NCBI RefSeq assembly: GCF_003334315.1
Contig: NZ_QOWR01000011.1
Source: Escherichia coli
Lineage (GTDB): Bacteria > Pseudomonadota > Gammaproteobacteria > Enterobacterales > Enterobacteriaceae
DNA length: 64,000 bases
Strand: one strand, 5' to 3'
In this document: one piece after another, positions 53,796 to 64,000 of the stretch
Layout of the letters: each line of letters begins with the position of its first letter
Position numbering within the stretch: position 1 is the first letter of the stretch
Notes under the pieces: generated by a model
Database searches by the model: none
What the model was told of the DNA's origin: nothing
The model's input: only the letters and a program-made list of their open reading frames with translations
Program-made: the position numbers and the translations under genes

Positions 53796-55187
53796 ATGCT
53801 GGCTTTCTTAAACCAGGTTCGCAAGCCGACCCTGGACCTTCCGCTCGAAGTGCGGCGCAAAATGTGGTTCAAACCGTTCATGCAATCCTACCTGGTGGTC
53901 TTTATCGGCTACCTGACGATGTACCTGATTCGCAAGAACTTTAACATCGCGCAGAACGATATGATTTCGACCTACGGGTTGAGCATGACGCAGCTGGGGA
54001 TGATCGGCCTGGGTTTCTCCATCACTTATGGCGTGGGTAAAACGCTGGTTTCCTACTACGCCGACGGCAAAAACACCAAACAATTCCTGCCGTTCATGCT
54101 GATCCTCTCTGCTATTTGTATGCTGGGCTTCAGTGCCAGTATGGGCAGCGGCTCGGTTAGCCTGTTCCTGATGATTGCCTTCTACGCCTTAAGCGGCTTT
54201 TTCCAGAGTACCGGCGGTTCGTGCAGTTACTCCACCATCACCAAATGGACGCCGCGTCGTAAACGCGGGACATTCCTCGGTTTCTGGAATATTTCTCACA
54301 ACCTTGGCGGTGCAGGCGCAGCAGGTGTGGCGCTGTTCGGGGCAAATTACCTGTTCGATGGCCATGTCATCGGCATGTTTATCTTCCCGTCGATTATCGC
54401 GCTGATTGTCGGTTTTATCGGCCTGCGTTACGGCAGCGACTCCCCGGAATCTTATGGCCTCGGCAAAGCTGAAGAACTGTTCGGCGAGGAGATCAGCGAA
54501 GAGGACAAAGAGACAGAATCTACCGATATGACCAAGTGGCAGATCTTTGTTGAGTATGTGCTGAAAAACAAAGTGATCTGGCTGCTGTGCTTCGCCAACA
54601 TTTTCCTCTATGTGGTACGTATTGGTATCGACCAGTGGTCAACCGTATACGCGTTCCAGGAACTGAAACTCTCTAAAGCGGTGGCGATTCAGGGCTTTAC
54701 GCTGTTTGAAGCTGGTGCGCTGGTCGGTACGCTGCTGTGGGGCTGGCTCTCTGACCTGGCGAACGGTCGCCGTGGCCTGGTGGCCTGCATCGCGCTGGCG
54801 CTGATTATCGCCACGCTCGGTGTGTATCAACATGCCAGTAACGAATATATCTATCTGGCTTCTCTCTTTGCGTTGGGTTTCCTGGTCTTTGGCCCGCAAT
54901 TGTTGATTGGTGTGGCTGCTGTTGGCTTTGTACCTAAAAAAGCGATTGGCGCTGCCGATGGTATTAAAGGCACCTTTGCTTACCTGATTGGTGACAGCTT
55001 TGCCAAGTTAGGTCTGGGAATGATTGCCGATGGGACGCCGGTATTCGGCCTTACCGGCTGGGCAGGCACCTTCGCCGCGCTGGATATCGCCGCGATTGGT
55101 TGTATCTGCCTGATGGCGATAGTGGCGGTAATGGAAGAACGCAAAATCCGCCGCGAGAAAAAAATTCAGCAGTTGACAGTGGCATAA
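53796..55187 (+). CDS. uhpT: hexose-6-phosphate:phosphate antiporter UhpT
   Basis: 463-aa MFS ORF (organophosphate:Pi antiporter family). Confidence 0.92.
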
Positions 55188-55205
55188 ACGTAACTGGTGA
55201 CTTTT

Positions 55206-55232
55206 GCCCGGCATGACGCCGGGCTTTTTTTA
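55206..55232. terminator. bidirectional rho-independent terminator between convergent uhpT and ade
   Basis: GCCCGGC-atgac-GCCGGGC stem followed by TTTTTTT. Confidence 0.75.
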
Positions 55233-56999
55233 TTATTCCGTGACTTCCAGCGTAGTGAAGGCAAACTTCTCGCCATCAAATAGCCCCTGACTGGTTAGTT
55301 TTAGCGCGGGGATCACTGGCAGAGAAAGAAACGCCATCTGAATAAACGGCTCATCGGGTAACGGACCGCATTCACGGGCGGCGGCTTTCAAGGCGTCAAT
55401 TTGTTCCGCCAGCGACTGCGCCGTGTCGGTGCTCATCAGCCCGGCAATGGGTAACGGCAGATGACTTTGTACCTGGCCGTTACGTACCACGCACAGCCCG
55501 CCGCCATCCTGAATCACCTGATTGACCGCCAGCGCCATCTCTTCGGCACTGCGACCGATCACCACAATATTATGGCTGTCATGGCTGACCGTCGCAGCCA
55601 GCGCACCTTCATTCAGTCCAAAGCCGCCAAGCAAACCACAAGCCGGAGCCAGCCGTTGCCCGTAACGCTCAAGTACGGCAATAAAGCTCACATCATCGCG
55701 ATCAAAACCATTTTCGCTGTAGACGCTGGAGTGGGAGTGCGTAATCAATTCGTTATGGATGACGTCAATGACCCGATAGCGTTTTCCGGGCGTAAATTGC
55801 AGGGCAAAGTCGCTGGCGGAAACTGGCTGGCGGGCAATGGTGTTGCCATATGGCGGAGCGGATTGTGCCAGTCTCGCCGACTCTTCCGCCTGTAAGGTTT
55901 GCGCATCAATCGGCTCGCCTTTCACCAGTACCTGCTGCACCGTGACCTTACGCGCATCGCTCAACAGGACGATATCGGCCTGCTTGCCGGGTGCCAGTAA
56001 GCCGAGGTGATTCAGACCAAAGTGGCGCGCCGTCGACCAGCTGGCGACGCGATATGCCACATGCAGCGGCACATTGTGTTGTTCGATCAGGCGGCGAATT
56101 AAGGCATCGATGTGTCCTTCATGGGCGATCTCCCACGGGTTACGGTCATCGGTACAGAGCATGCATTGCGGGCTGTTAAATTCGTTGATCAACGGTGCCA
56201 GCGCGTTGAGATTGCGGGCAGCGGACCCTTCGCGGATCATCAACGACATGCCGAGTTGTAATTTCCGGCGTCCTTCTTCCAGCTGATAACTTTCGTGGCA
56301 GTTTTCAATACCCGCAGTAATATAGGCGTTAAGTTCTTTACCACCCAAACCCGGGCAGTGACCGTCCAGCGTCAGGTGGCGAAATGCATCCAGTTTATCG
56401 AGCAGCGCATTCTGCCCGCTAATTACGCCAGGGTAGTCCATCATTTCTGCAAGGCCGGTAACCTGCGGATGGTCCCGCCAGGCGAGCATCTGTTCAAGGG
56501 TAAAACTGGCACCGTTAACATCGCAGCCTTCCAGGGCGGGTACGCAAGAGCTGACCTGTAAGTACTGGTTTTGCCTTGCCTGTTCGGCACAGCGGGCAAA
56601 CCAGGCGAATCCGGCTTCTCCCATCACGTTGACGATTTCATGAGGGTCGCAAATAACGGTCGTCAGGCCGCGCGGCAGGGTAGCGGTTTCAAAAGTGACC
56701 GGCGTCATCATGCTGGATTCAATATGCAGGTGAGCATCAATAAACCCTGGCACCGCCGTTGCGCCGCGAGCATCAATCCGCTGCAAAGCCGGAGCATCAG
56801 CGTATTCTGCGCCAACACCGGCAATGTAACGTCCTTTAATCACAATTGGGCCGGAAATTTCTCCGCCATTGATCAGGTCGAGAATAGAGACATTATCAAT
56901 AATATAATCGGCAACAGCGTCGCCACGGGAAACGGCTAACAATTCCTGGTATTCAGCCCGGCTAATGTGATGAAATTTATGGTTAATAGAATTATTCAT
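55233..56999 (-). CDS. ade: adenine deaminase
   Basis: 588-aa ORF; amidohydrolase metal-binding motif ([15 protein letters not shown]). Confidence 0.9.
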   Translation of the reverse strand: MNNSINHKFHHISRAEYQELLAVSRGDAVADYIIDNVSILDLINGGEISGPIVIKGRYIAGVGAEYADAPALQRIDARGATAVPGFIDAHLHIESSMMTPVTFETATLPRGLTTVICDPHEIVNVMGEAGFAWFARCAEQARQNQYLQVSSCVPALEGCDVNGASFTLEQMLAWRDHPQVTGLAEMMDYPGVISGQNALLDKLDAFRHLTLDGHCPGLGGKELNAYITAGIENCHESYQLEEGRRKLQLGMSLMIREGSAARNLNALAPLINEFNSPQCMLCTDDRNPWEIAHEGHIDALIRRLIEQHNVPLHVAYRVASWSTARHFGLNHLGLLAPGKQADIVLLSDARKVTVQQVLVKGEPIDAQTLQAEESARLAQSAPPYGNTIARQPVSASDFALQFTPGKRYRVIDVIHNELITHSHSSVYSENGFDRDDVSFIAVLERYGQRLAPACGLLGGFGLNEGALAATVSHDSHNIVVIGRSAEEMALAVNQVIQDGGGLCVVRNGQVQSHLPLPIAGLMSTDTAQSLAEQIDALKAAARECGPLPDEPFIQMAFLSLPVIPALKLTSQGLFDGEKFAFTTLEVTE

Positions 57000-57095
57000 A
57001 TTTTTCTCATTTTGATTTTATCAATTTGATTATTATTTATCATAAAGAAACGTCGCGAGATTATTAAAGAATATCCATTAATGTGCAATTGAAAT

Positions 57096-57109
57096 GTGAT
57101 AATTATCAC
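57096..57109. promoter_or_regulatory. perfect 14-bp palindrome GTGATAATTATCAC (CRP-like / Fur-like operator candidate) in the ade-adeQ divergent region
   Basis: Reads TGTGA-N6-TCACT on one strand; sits about 65 bp upstream of the adeQ start in a very AT-rich intergenic region. Confidence 0.4.
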
Positions 57110-57173
57110 TGAACCGTTGTTGTCATTTGTTTTACAAAAGCAAGGGATTAAATCTCCTCCAATGGACAAAAAA

Positions 57174-58508
57174 ATGAATAATGACAATACCGATTACGTG
57201 AGTAATGAATCAGGGACGCTTTCGCGATTATTTAAACTACCTCAGCATGGGACCACCGTCCGCACAGAATTGATTGCGGGGATGACCACTTTTTTAACCA
57301 TGGTGTACATCGTTTTTGTGAACCCGCAAATCCTCGGCGCGGCACAAATGGACCCGAAAGTGGTGTTTGTTACCACCTGTTTGATTGCCGGTATCGGCAG
57401 TATTGCGATGGGGATATTTGCTAACTTACCCGTGGCGCTGGCTCCGGCAATGGGGCTGAACGCCTTCTTTGCCTTCGTGGTCGTGGGGGCGATGGGCATC
57501 TCCTGGCAGACCGGGATGGGCGCAATATTCTGGGGCGCAGTTGGACTATTTTTGCTCACGCTGTTTCGTATCCGGTACTGGATGATCTCCAACATTCCCT
57601 TAAGTTTACGTATTGGTATCACCAGCGGAATTGGATTATTTATCGCCTTAATGGGATTAAAAAATACTGGCGTTATTGTCGCCAATAAAGACACGCTGGT
57701 GATGATTGGCGATTTAAGTTCTCACGGCGTGTTGTTAGGTATTTTAGGGTTTTTTATTATAACCGTGTTGTCATCACGTCATTTTCATGCCGCGGTGCTG
57801 GTTTCTATTGTGGTGACGTCTTGCTGTGGATTATTTTTCGGTGATGTTCATTTTAGCGGCGTCTATTCCATTCCGCCTGATATTAGCGGCGTCATTGGTG
57901 AAGTAGATTTGAGCGGCGCGTTAACACTTGAACTCGCCGGTATCATTTTCTCCTTTATGCTGATCAACCTATTTGATTCATCAGGAACATTAATTGGTGT
58001 AACTGATAAAGCGGGCTTAATAGATAGTAACGGTAAATTCCCCAATATGAATAAGGCGCTGTATGTTGATAGCGTCAGTTCGGTGGCGGGGGCGTTTATC
58101 GGCACCTCGTCTGTTACTGCCTATATTGAAAGTACTTCTGGTGTGGCAGTCGGTGGTCGCACGGGGCTGACTGCGGTTGTGGTTGGCGTTATGTTCCTGT
58201 TAGTTATGTTCTTCTCACCGCTGGTGGCGATGGTTCCTCCTTACGCAACCGCCGGAGCGTTAATCTTTGTTGGCGTGCTGATGACTTCGAGCCTGGCGCG
58301 CGTTAACTGGGATGATTTTACCGAATCGGTGCCTGCGTTTATTACCACGGTGATGATGCCCTTTACTTTCTCGATCACCGAAGGGATTGCACTCGGCTTT
58401 ATGTCGTACTGCATCATGAAAGTGTGCACCGGGCGCTGGCGCGATCTGAACCTGTGTGTGGTGGTGGTCGCAGCTCTGTTTGCACTGAAGATTATTCTGG
58501 TGGATTAG
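57174..58508 (+). CDS. adeQ: adenine permease (NCS2/AzgA family), paralogue of adeP
   Basis: ORF track 57096..58508 trimmed to MNNDNTDYVSNESGTLSRLF (444 aa). Confidence 0.85.
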   Translation: MNNDNTDYVSNESGTLSRLFKLPQHGTTVRTELIAGMTTFLTMVYIVFVNPQILGAAQMDPKVVFVTTCLIAGIGSIAMGIFANLPVALAPAMGLNAFFAFVVVGAMGISWQTGMGAIFWGAVGLFLLTLFRIRYWMISNIPLSLRIGITSGIGLFIALMGLKNTGVIVANKDTLVMIGDLSSHGVLLGILGFFIITVLSSRHFHAAVLVSIVVTSCCGLFFGDVHFSGVYSIPPDISGVIGEVDLSGALTLELAGIIFSFMLINLFDSSGTLIGVTDKAGLIDSNGKFPNMNKALYVDSVSSVAGAFIGTSSVTAYIESTSGVAVGGRTGLTAVVVGVMFLLVMFFSPLVAMVPPYATAGALIFVGVLMTSSLARVNWDDFTESVPAFITTVMMPFTFSITEGIALGFMSYCIMKVCTGRWRDLNLCVVVVAALFALKIILVD

Positions 58509-58560
58509 TAACTGGCGAGGGTTTCCAGATATCATGAGTTCTGATTACGCAGGAGAACTC

Positions 58561-59013
58561 ATGATCTGGATAATGCTCGCCACGCTGGCGGTAGTGTTTG
58601 TGGTTGGTTTTCGGGTGCTGACATCCGGGGCCAGAAAAGCGATTCGCCGTCTCAGCGATCGGCTGAATATCGATGTCGTACCCGTGGAGTCGATGGTCGA
58701 TCAAATGGGAAAGTCAGCCGGTGACGAATTTTTACGTTATTTGCATCGCCCGGATGAGTCGCACCTGCAAAACGCCGCGCAGGTGTTGCTCATCTGGCAA
58801 ATTGTCATTGTCGATGGTAGCGAACAGAACCTGCTGCAATGGCATCGGATTTTACAAAAAGCCCGTCTTGCCGCGCCGATTACCGATGCTCAGGTCAGGC
58901 TGGCGCTGGGTTTTCTGCGCGAAACCGAACCTGAAATGCAGGATATTAATGCTTTTCAGATGCGCTATAACGCGTTCTTTCAGCCTGCCGAGGGCGTTCA
59001 CTGGCTGCATTAA
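58561..59013 (+). CDS. yicN: uncharacterised protein YicN
   Basis: ORF track trimmed to MIWIMLATLAVVFVVGFRVL (150 aa), N-terminal TM helix. Confidence 0.7.
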   Translation: MIWIMLATLAVVFVVGFRVLTSGARKAIRRLSDRLNIDVVPVESMVDQMGKSAGDEFLRYLHRPDESHLQNAAQVLLIWQIVIVDGSEQNLLQWHRILQKARLAAPITDAQVRLALGFLRETEPEMQDINAFQMRYNAFFQPAEGVHWLH

Positions 59014-59021
59014 AACCGCTT

Positions 59022-59087
59022 CGTCTTATCAGCCTACAGACCGCGCCTGACCTGTCGGGTGGATAAGACGTTCACGCCGCATCCGGT
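59022..59087. repeat. REP element(s) between yicN and nepI
   Basis: GGATAAGACGTTCACGCCGCATCCGG matches the REP consensus core. Confidence 0.6.
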
Positions 59088-59223
59088 AATCTTTGCCCTG
59101 TTCCGTTTCGATCTTAACTCCAGCTCAAGCAACACCGTAAAAGTTGCAAAAACGTTAAATGCGTCACACATTTCAATGTTAAAGTGGTCGGCTTTTCCCC
59201 TGAAACATGCCACGGGTAACACC

Positions 59224-60414
59224 ATGAGTGAATTTATTGCCGAAAACCGCGGCGCGGATGCCATCACCCGACCGAACTGGTCAGCCGTTTTCTCGGTGGC
59301 GTTTTGTGTCGCCTGTCTGATTATCGTTGAGTTTTTGCCCGTCAGTTTGTTGACGCCAATGGCCCAGGATTTAGGCATTTCGGAAGGGGTTGCCGGGCAA
59401 TCGGTGACCGTGACCGCCTTTGTGGCAATGTTTGCCAGTTTGTTTATTACCCAGACAATTCAGGCTACTGACCGCCGCTACGTTGTTATTTTGTTTGCCG
59501 TTTTGCTGACGCTCTCCTGCTTGCTGGTTTCCTTTGCTAACTCATTCAGTTTGCTTTTAATCGGTCGTGCCTGTCTGGGGCTGGCGCTGGGCGGGTTCTG
59601 GGCGATGTCGGCGTCGCTGACCATGCGTCTGGTGCCGCCGCGTACGGTGCCGAAGGCGCTGTCGGTGATCTTCGGCGCGGTTTCTATTGCGCTGGTGATT
59701 GCCGCGCCGTTGGGCAGTTTTTTAGGCGAGCTTATCGGTTGGCGCAATGTCTTTAATGCGGCGGCGGTGATGGGCGTGCTGTGTATTTTCTGGATTATCA
59801 AATCATTGCCTTCACTGCCAGGCGAACCCTCGCATCAGAAACAAAATACTTTCCGCTTATTACAACGTCCGGGTGTGATGGCAGGGATGATCGCCATCTT
59901 CATGTCTTTCGCCGGGCAGTTTGCTTTCTTCACGTATATTCGCCCGGTGTATATGAACCTGGCGGGATTCGGCGTGGATGGCTTAACGCTGGTGCTGTTG
60001 AGTTTTGGTATCGCCAGCTTTATTGGTACGTCGCTTTCGTCGTTCATTCTTAAACGTTCGGTAAAACTGGCCTTAGCAGGCGCGCCGTTAATACTGGCTG
60101 TGAGTGCGTTGGTACTGACGTTGTGGGGAAGCGATAAAATCGTTGCTACCGGCGTGGCGATTATCTGGGGGCTAACTTTTGCATTGGTTCCCGTCGGCTG
60201 GTCAACGTGGATCACCCGCTCGCTGGCCGATCAGGCAGAAAAAGCCGGGTCTATTCAGGTGGCGGTTATTCAGCTTGCTAATACCTGTGGCGCGGCAATC
60301 GGCGGTTATGCGCTGGATAATATTGGTCTGACTTCGCCGTTGATGTTGTCCGGCACATTGATGTTGCTGACTGCATTGTTGGTTACTGCAAAGGTGAAAA
60401 TGAAGAAATCCTGA
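59224..60414 (+). CDS. nepI: purine ribonucleoside efflux pump (MFS)
   Basis: ORF track 59059..60414 trimmed to [23 protein letters not shown] (396 aa); the upstream in-frame extension runs through the REP element. Confidence 0.85.
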   Translation: MSEFIAENRGADAITRPNWSAVFSVAFCVACLIIVEFLPVSLLTPMAQDLGISEGVAGQSVTVTAFVAMFASLFITQTIQATDRRYVVILFAVLLTLSCLLVSFANSFSLLLIGRACLGLALGGFWAMSASLTMRLVPPRTVPKALSVIFGAVSIALVIAAPLGSFLGELIGWRNVFNAAAVMGVLCIFWIIKSLPSLPGEPSHQKQNTFRLLQRPGVMAGMIAIFMSFAGQFAFFTYIRPVYMNLAGFGVDGLTLVLLSFGIASFIGTSLSSFILKRSVKLALAGAPLILAVSALVLTLWGSDKIVATGVAIIWGLTFALVPVGWSTWITRSLADQAEKAGSIQVAVIQLANTCGAAIGGYALDNIGLTSPLMLSGTLMLLTALLVTAKVKMKKS

Positions 60415-60454
60415 TATCAGGTAAAGAAGCGTTGGTCAGTAGTTGTTGCTGTTC

Positions 60455-60748
60455 TTACATATCCGGGCATTCTACCTTACCCAACGCTTCCCAATAATTG
60501 CTCTGATTATTACGTTCCATCGCCACGATGGCCTCGCGTATATGTTGTTTATTGTTTTCATCTGACAACATTAACTTTTCCCACGCTTCATCTGATAATG
60601 ACGCCTGTGGCGTGCAAATTTTACGTAAATCTTGTAATACCGTGGTTTTCTCTTTTGCGGACTGCAGTGAGCTAAAAGGCGACTCGGCGTATACGATGCC
60701 TGGCATAGCGAAAAAAGTGAAAATAAGCAGTAGTGTCGTTGGTTTCAT
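60455..60748 (-). CDS. yicS: small secreted protein YicS
   Basis: 97-aa ORF with N-terminal signal peptide (MKPTTLLLIFTFFAMPGIVYA). Confidence 0.7.
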   Translation of the reverse strand: MKPTTLLLIFTFFAMPGIVYAESPFSSLQSAKEKTTVLQDLRKICTPQASLSDEAWEKLMLSDENNKQHIREAIVAMERNNQSNYWEALGKVECPDM

Positions 60749-60969
60749 GGATTCAACCTTTTACAAATGTGTATCGAATGAAGCATAAGTGTAGTTTGCT
60801 TTCATCGCTCTCATCATGCTGTACGAAACGCGCTTGCGTGGTCAGTAAGAAGTGCCAGACTTTATATTCCACTTTTATTCCTTTTTATTCTTATCGATAG
60901 CGTTTCGTTTTTTAAACCGCAGCGACCTTACCGCTATAGTCAGGTAATCATTAATAAAAGGATAAAAAA

Positions 60970-61788
60970 ATGAAACTGACAACACATCATCTACGGACAG
61001 GGGCCGCATTATTGCTGGCCGGAATTCTGCTGGCAGGTTGCGACCAGAGTAGCAGCGATGCAAAACACATTAAAGTTGGCGTTATAAATGGCGCAGAACA
61101 AGATGTCGCGGAAGTCGCTAAAAAGGTGGCAAAAGAGAAATATGGCCTCGATGTTGAACTGGTAGGATTTAGCGGTTCGTTGCTACCGAACGATGCGACA
61201 AATCATGGCGAACTTGATGCGAATGTCTTCCAGCATCGACCCTTTCTTGAACAAGATAATCAGGCGCATGGTTATAAACTGGTAGCGGTGGGAAATACGT
61301 TTGTCTTCCCTATGGCGGGTTATTCCAAAAAAATCAAAACCGTGGCGCAAATAAAAGAAGGCGCGACAGTGGCGATCCCCAACGACCCGACCAACCTTGG
61401 TCGCGCACTTTTACTGTTGCAAAAAGAGAAGCTAATTACTCTGAAAGAGGGAAAAGGGTTATTACCTACCGCGCTGGATATAACCGATAATCCTCGTCAT
61501 TTGCAGATTATGGAACTCGAGGGGGCGCAGCTCCCGCGCGTACTGGATGATCCCAAAGTTGATGTAGCGATTATCAGCACCACTTACATTCAGCAGACCG
61601 GGCTTTCTCCGGTGCACGACAGCGTATTTATTGAAGATAAGAATTCGCCGTATGTGAATATTTTGGTGGCACGGGAAGATAATAAGAATGCAGAAAACGT
61701 GAAGGAATTTCTGCAATCTTATCAATCACCCGAAGTCGCTAAAGCGGCAGAAACCATTTTTAACGGTGGCGCGGTGCCTGGCTGGTAA
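60970..61788 (+). CDS. nlpA: lipoprotein-28 (MetQ/NlpA-family methionine-binding lipoprotein)
   Basis: 272-aa ORF; lipoprotein signal with lipobox LAGC. Confidence 0.9.
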   Translation: MKLTTHHLRTGAALLLAGILLAGCDQSSSDAKHIKVGVINGAEQDVAEVAKKVAKEKYGLDVELVGFSGSLLPNDATNHGELDANVFQHRPFLEQDNQAHGYKLVAVGNTFVFPMAGYSKKIKTVAQIKEGATVAIPNDPTNLGRALLLLQKEKLITLKEGKGLLPTALDITDNPRHLQIMELEGAQLPRVLDDPKVDVAIISTTYIQQTGLSPVHDSVFIEDKNSPYVNILVAREDNKNAENVKEFLQSYQSPEVAKAAETIFNGGAVPGW

Positions 61789-61791
61789 TTC

Positions 61792-62715
61792 TCACTTATG
61801 CCGCGCCGGACGATTTATTTTTCTGGCGCGGCGACGGGAATCCATTGAAATCAAAATCACCGATGACAGAATCAGCAGCGTTCCCAGCCAGTCCGGTAAT
61901 GTGAACGTGATCCCCAGCAACAGCAAAGAGAGTAGCGCGCTACTTAATGGTTCTGCACAGCTCAAAATGCTGGCTTTTGGACCGCCAATTAATTGTGCTC
62001 CTTTCAGGTACAGACTAAATGTCAGGGACGTACCAATGACCACCAAATAAAAAAACGCCAGAATCAAACTGCCGTTAACGACAAAGTTTGTTCCTTGTCT
62101 GGCATAAAAAGGCAACAGAATCAGACCGCCAATCAGCATACTCCAGCCGACGACTGGTAACGTGCCATAGCGGGCAATTAGCGTTGAGGGATAGGTGGTA
62201 TAGAATGCAGCAGCAAATGCCGAGGCAATGCCCCAGAACAACGCGGCAGGAGAGATCGATAATGACGTCGGATTACCGTGTGTCACCAATAAAAAAGTCC
62301 CGACCAGCGATGTCAAAATAGCGCAGAAAACCAGAATGCCCGGGCGCGATTTACGCACCAGTGAGAACCAGGCGACGATAATCGTCGGTGAGAGGAATTG
62401 CAGCACCGTTGCCGTGGCTGCGTTCGATTTTTCGATGGTTAGCAAAAAAGTGAGCTGTACAGTTAGCGCGCCAACCACGGAAAAAATCAGCAGGCTAATG
62501 GCATCTTTATGATTGTTAATAATAGAAAAGATTTTATCGCCATGAACAAATGACAGCGTCAGTAGAATCAAACCGGCGAATATCAAACGCGTCATAGTCA
62601 AAAACTGCGACGACATCTGGCTTTGCTCCATGATGTATTGCGCGCAGACCCCTGAACTTCCCCACAACACGGCGGCAATCAGAACGTTCAGCATCCCCTT
62701 TCTGGTGGAACCCAT
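61792..62715 (-). CDS. yicL: EamA/DMT-superfamily transporter
   Basis: 307-aa 10-TM ORF with duplicated EamA domains. Confidence 0.8.
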
Positions 62716-62825
62716 TTTTCCCTCTGCATACTGTTTTGTCGTTTATGTATGCAGGCATGATAGCAAAAATGGCGAGGATGGCTCTGTTTGCGCCACGCCG
62801 ATTTTTCTTAGCCCAGACTGGTGAG

Positions 62826-63796
62826 CTAAATATCTTTAATAAACAGCAGGCAAATCATCGCAATACCCAACATCCCTATCGCCAGCCAGAACAACGCATG
62901 GTAGCTCCAGATTTCAACCATAATTCCGTCAACAGAGCCGGCGATAATCCAGCCGACGCGTGAAGTATTTGCATATAACGTTGTCGCAGAGCCTATTTTT
63001 TCAGGCATCAAGTCCTGAAAATAAAGCATGCCGATACCACAGAGAATACCAAGGAAGATGGCATTAAGAATTTGCAATTCCAGCTCAACCGCCGGAGTCG
63101 TCGCCATGAGTACGCTGGCGTAAAAACACATTCCACTCACGATAGCAATGAGCATTAATAGTCGCTTGCCAATACGTTTCATGTAATAGCCTGCGATTAA
63201 CATCATCGGAATTTCCAGACCGGCAGCGATACCAATCATTTCTCCAGCCAGTTTATCGGTTAGATGCAGTTCATCAATAATAAATAGCGGCATATTTATC
63301 ATGTAGAGATTATTCGCCGCCCACATCATTGAACAGACCACAAAAAGTAGCCGCGTATCCCGCTTCCTGTGGGTGGAGGGTAAAATTTCTACGGGTTGGG
63401 TAACGACAGGAATATTTCTTTGTATTGATGGCAAAAACAACCAGACTATCAGTCCGCAAACAACAAATGCGATGGCAGCGGTGAGATACATCACTTTAAA
63501 ACTAAATCCCATTGCCAGTTCATAAGCGAGCGGTGGCCCGATAACCCAGGCAAGCGAGATCTGAGCACGTAAAAATGTACTGAACATGACCGTCTCACGG
63601 CCTGTTCTGTCGGCGTGTTCACGGGCGAGGGCGAACATTTGCGGGTTTGCGGTGGAAGCAAAACTACTCAGAAGTACGCCCGTTGAGAGGAGAATGAAGT
63701 AGTTGCGATTCCACGCAAAAAGCGTGCAGGCCAGCACTCCAAATAAGCAACATAGCAGAATCAGTAATTTACGGTCGCCTTGTTTATCGGAGTGCC
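62826..63796 (-). pseudogene. setC: sugar efflux transporter SetC gene, truncated at its 5' end by an IS1 insertion
   Basis: Minus-strand frame stays open with SET-family sequence (...SDKQGDRKLLILLCCLFGVLACTLFAWNRNYF...) right up to 63796, where the IS1 terminal repeat begins; the SetC N-terminus is missing from the window. Confidence 0.8.
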
Positions 63797-64000
63797 GGTG
63801 ATGCTGCCAACTTACTGATTTAGTGTATGATGGTGTTTTTGAGGTGCTCCAGTGGCTTCTGTTTCTATCAGCTGTCCCTCCTGTTCAGCTACTGACGGGG
63901 TGGTGCGTAACGGCAAAAGCACCGCCGGACATCAGCGCTATCTCTGCTCTCACTGCCGTAAAACATGGCAACTGCAGTTCACTTACACCGCTTCTCAACC
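63797..64000 (+). mobile_element. IS1 insertion sequence, first 204 bp (terminal inverted repeat plus start of insA); continues beyond window
   Basis: Starts GGTGATGCTGCCAACTTACTGATTTAGTGTATGATGGTG..., the IS1 terminal inverted repeat, and runs into the insA frame. Confidence 0.9.
63852..64000 (+). CDS. insA: IS1 InsA (transposition repressor / N-terminal transposase part), partial
   Basis: GTG start 55 bp into IS1; translation (M)[48 protein letters not shown] carries the InsA zinc-finger Cys motifs. Confidence 0.85.
   Translation, partial: MASVSISCPSCSATDGVVRNGKSTAGHQRYLCSHCRKTWQLQFTYTASQ

Overview
This window is a well-characterised stretch of enterobacterial core chromosome (Escherichia coli / Shigella lineage) around the dnaA replication-initiation cluster, reading from the 3' end of bglH to setC. 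I found no convincing undescribed system; the interesting signals are lineage-specific lesions. Gene order is bglH'-yieL-yieK-cbrC-cbrB-yieH-adeP-chrR-yieE-yidZ-mdtL-tnaB-tnaA-tnaC-mnmE-yidC-yidD-rnpA-rpmH | dnaA-dnaN-recF-gyrB-yidB-yidA-yidX-dgoRKADT-cbrA-yidR-yidQ-ibpA-ibpB-yidE-yidP-glvC-glvG'-yidL-yidK-yidJ-yidI-yidH-yidG-yidF-emrD-tisB/istR-ivbL-ilvBN-uhpABCT-ade-adeQ-yicN-nepI-yicS-nlpA-yicL-setC', ending in the first 204 bp of an IS1 element. There are no rRNA or tRNA genes, no CRISPR array and no prophage, and oriC is not in the window. The lesions are: IS1 inserted in the 5' part of setC, in-frame nonsense codons in yidZ (TAG) and yidB (TGA), and an internally deleted glvG next to an uninterrupted glvC. 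Gene identities come from recognising the translated ORFs and their synteny; no database search was run. CDS coordinates are anchored on the supplied ORF track with start codons trimmed to the most plausible initiator. Small regulatory sites were read by eye and may be off by 1-2 bp.
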